A stretch of DNA of 64,000 nt. Source: an uncultured Acidobacteriota bacterium. GTDB taxonomy: Bacteria > Acidobacteriota > UBA6911. Below the pieces are notes generated by a model, which made no database searches, was not told where the DNA came from, and was given only the letters and a program-made list of their open reading frames with translations. The stretch lies in NCBI GenBank assembly GCA_963843575.1, contig CAWJKZ010000013.1, positions 288,001 to 352,000 of the forward strand, read 5' to 3'. The position numbers and the translations under genes are program-made. This document shows positions 61,151 through 64,000 of the stretch, piece by piece. Position 1 is the stretch's first letter; each line of letters starts with the position of its first letter.

Positions 61151-63872
61151 ATGAGCAGTAACAAAGCATTGCCGAGCGAGAGCGGTTCCCAGGTATCTTT
61201 TCACGCTGAAACGGCCCAGGCGCCGGTAGCCGGGCTCGAGTTCCCCCGCCATTTCACGCGTCCCGGCGTATCCCCTTACGACGAAATCGAGTGGGAAAGC
61301 CGGTCTGCGGTGATCACCAACGAGAAGGGGGAAGTCCTCTTTCAGCAGGAAGGGGTGGAGGTGCCGCGCGCCTGGTCGCAGTCGGCAACCAACATCGTCG
61401 TCTCGAAGTACTTTCACGGCCAGATCGGGACGCCGCAGCGCGAGCGCAGCGTGCGCCAGCTGGTGGAACGTGTCGTGCGCACCATGACCGAGTGGGGCAT
61501 CCAGGGGGGGTACTTCGCCTCCGATGCCGATGCGCAGGAATTTCCGCGACGAGCTTGCGTTCCTCCTGTTGAACCAGTACGTGTCGTTCAACTCCCCGGT
61601 CTGGTTCAACTGCGGGATCGAGCCGAAGCCGCAGTGTTCCGCCTGTTTCATCAACTCCGTCGACGACACGATGGAGTCGATCCTGGACCTGGCCAAAACC
61701 GAGGGGCGGCTCTTCAAGTGGGGTTCCGGCACGGGCACCAACCTCTCCCCGCTGCGTTCCTCGCGGGCGCGGCTGTCCAGGGGCGGCATCGCCTCGGGAC
61801 CGGTCAGCTTCATGAAGGGTTTCGACGCGTTTGCCGGGGTCATCAAGAGCGGCGGCAAGACGCGCCGGGCCGCCAAGATGGTGATCCTGAACATCGACCA
61901 CCCCGACATCGTGGAATTCATCGAGTGCAAGGCCAAGGAGGAAAAGAAGGCGTGGACGCTCATCGACGCCGGCTACGACGGCGCGGTGGACGGCGAGGCC
62001 TACGGCAGCATCTTCTTCCAGAACGCCAACAACAGCGTCCGGGTCACGGACGAGTTCATGAAGGCCGTCGAGCAGGACGGCCCAGTGGCAGACGCGCGAG
62101 CGCGGGCACCGACGAGGTCGTCCAGACCTACCGGGCGCGCGACCTCATGCGCAGGATCGCGGAGTCGGCCCACGTCTGCGGCGATCCCGGAATGCAGTTC
62201 GACACGACGATCAACCGGTGGCACACGTGCAAGAACACGGCGCGCATCAACGCCTCCAATCCCTGTTCGGAATACATGTTCCTCGACGATTCCGCCTGCA
62301 ATCTGGCCTCGTTCAACCTGATGAAGTTCGTCGACGCGAAGGGGGGCTTCGACGTGACGAGCTTCCGCAGGGCCGTCGACGTCGTGATCTCGGCGCAGGA
62401 GTTCATCGTCGGCAACGCGAGCTATCCGACCGAGAAGATCGCCGTCAACAGCCACCAGTACCGGCCGCTCGGGATGGGCTACGCCAACCTGGGCGCCCTG
62501 CTGATGTACAACGGCCTCGCCTACGACAGCGACGAGGGGCGCGATTTCGCCGCCGCGATCACCGCGGTCATGACCGGCGAGGCCTACCTGCAGTCCGCGC
62601 GCATCGCGGCGAAGCTCGGGCCTTTCCCCGGCTACCCGCGCAACCGCGACTCGTTCCTCGAGGTGATGCGGATGCACCGCAACGCCGTGCAGAAGATCGA
62701 CCCGAACCGGGTCTCCAAAGACCTCTTGCAGGCGGCCCAGGAGTGCTGGGATCTCGCGGTCCTCGAGGGGACCGTGCACGGCTACCGGAACGCCCAGGCG
62801 ACGGTGCTGGCGCCGACCGGCACCATCGGGTTCATGATGGACTGCGACACCACCGGGGTGGAGCCCGACCTCGCGCTCGTGAAATTCAAGAAGCTGGTCG
62901 GCGGCGGGATGATGAAGATCGTCAACAACACGGTCCCCGCGGCGCTCCGCAAGCTCGGCTACTCCGACGCGCAGGTGCAGTCGATCACGAAATACATCGA
63001 CGAGAACGGCACGATCGAGGGGGCGCCTGAGATCAAGCCGGAACACCTCCCCGTGTTCGACTGCGCGTTCAAGGCGCAGCGCGGCACCCGGTCGATCCAC
63101 TACATGGGGCACATCAAAATGATGAGCGCCGTGCAGCCGTTCATCTCCGGCGCGATCTCGAAGACCGTGAACGTGCCCGAGGCGACCACGATCGAGGAGA
63201 TCATGGAAGCCTACATGCAGGCGTGGAAGCTGGGGGTCAAGGCGATCGCGATCTATCGCGACAACTCCAAGCGCACCCAGCCGCTGAACGTCGCCAAGAC
63301 GGCGAAACCGGCCCAGCCGGAGTTCCGGCCCGTGCGCCGCAAGCTCCCGGCCGAGCGCCGCGCCATCACCCACAAGTTCAGCATCGGCGGGCACGAGGGC
63401 TACATCACGGTCGGCATGTACGACGACGGGCAGCCCGGCGAGATATTCCTGGTGATGGCCAAGGAAGGGAGCGCGATCTCCGGCCTGATGGATTCTTTCG
63501 CCACCGCGGTCTCCCTCACCCTGCAGTACGGGGTGCCGCATCAAGGTCCTGATCGACAAGTTCTCGCACGTGCGCTTCGAGCCGTCGGGGCACACGGGCA
63601 ACCCGGAGATCCCGTTCGCCAAGTCGATCGTGGACTACATATTCCGCTGGCTGGCCTCGAAGTTCCTCTCGCGCGACGAGCAGTTCCAGACCGGCGTGCA
63701 CGTCCTGGAAGCGTTGCCCGGCAAGACCGGCGCGGCCACACCGCTCAACGATCTGAAATCGATGTACGCCCTGGACGACGCGCCCACCTGCGCCAGCTGC
63801 GGCAGCATCATGGTGCGCAACGGCTCCTGCTACAAGTGCATGAACTGCGGCGACACCAGCGGCTGTTCGTAG
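61151..63872 (+). CDS. nrdJ: Class II (adenosylcobalamin-dependent) ribonucleotide reductase; frameshifts near 61540, 62090 and 63538
   Basis: FNSPVWFN, QCSACFI, SNPCSEY, APTGTI, ISKTVN, TSCPD-like domain and C-terminal CxxC...CxxC...GCS. Confidence 0.95.
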
Positions 63873-63914
63873 CAAACCAAGTAGTTCCAGCTGCCCTGCA
63901 CAGCAACCGCAAAC

Positions 63915-63941
63915 GGCGTCCGGGCTGAAGCCCGGACCCAC
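63915..63941. repeat. REP-like family E palindrome downstream of nrdJ
   Basis: GGCGTCCGGGCTGAAGCCCGGACCCAC. Confidence 0.8.
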
Positions 63942-64000
63942 TTGGGTTCAGGGGTGGACCTCTTTAAATCCGTTCCATTGATCGCCTTACGCGCGGCGGG

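Overview
High-GC bacterial chromosomal window, most consistent with an Acidobacteriota genome (inferred from gene content and repeat families). It is probably a long-read or MAG assembly, since about 17 single-base frameshifts break otherwise intact genes. Content is mostly housekeeping and envelope genes: ECF sigma/anti-sigma/HtrA-like operon, glpD, maeB, lactate permease, uvrA, uvrB-aroA-aroK, lepA, nth, anaerobic sulfatase maturase, Slt-like transglycosylase, a GT-C/GT2/methyltransferase cluster, fadN-fadA and nrdJ with tandem NrdR boxes. No rRNA, tRNA, CRISPR array, transposase or integrase was seen. Main observations: (1) a GAF-like/Pro-rich protein ending in a RomX-like domain; (2) two diverged copies, and possibly the start of a third, of a ~252-bp AT-rich palindromic element with terminal inverted repeats; (3) an exported peroxiredoxin with an in-frame TGA at the catalytic position and a SECIS-like hairpin; (4) an HtrA homologue lacking all three catalytic residues; (5) a structured intergenic element between two ECF-type promoters; (6) a ~104-bp double-hairpin tandem array; (7) at least five REP-like repeat families.
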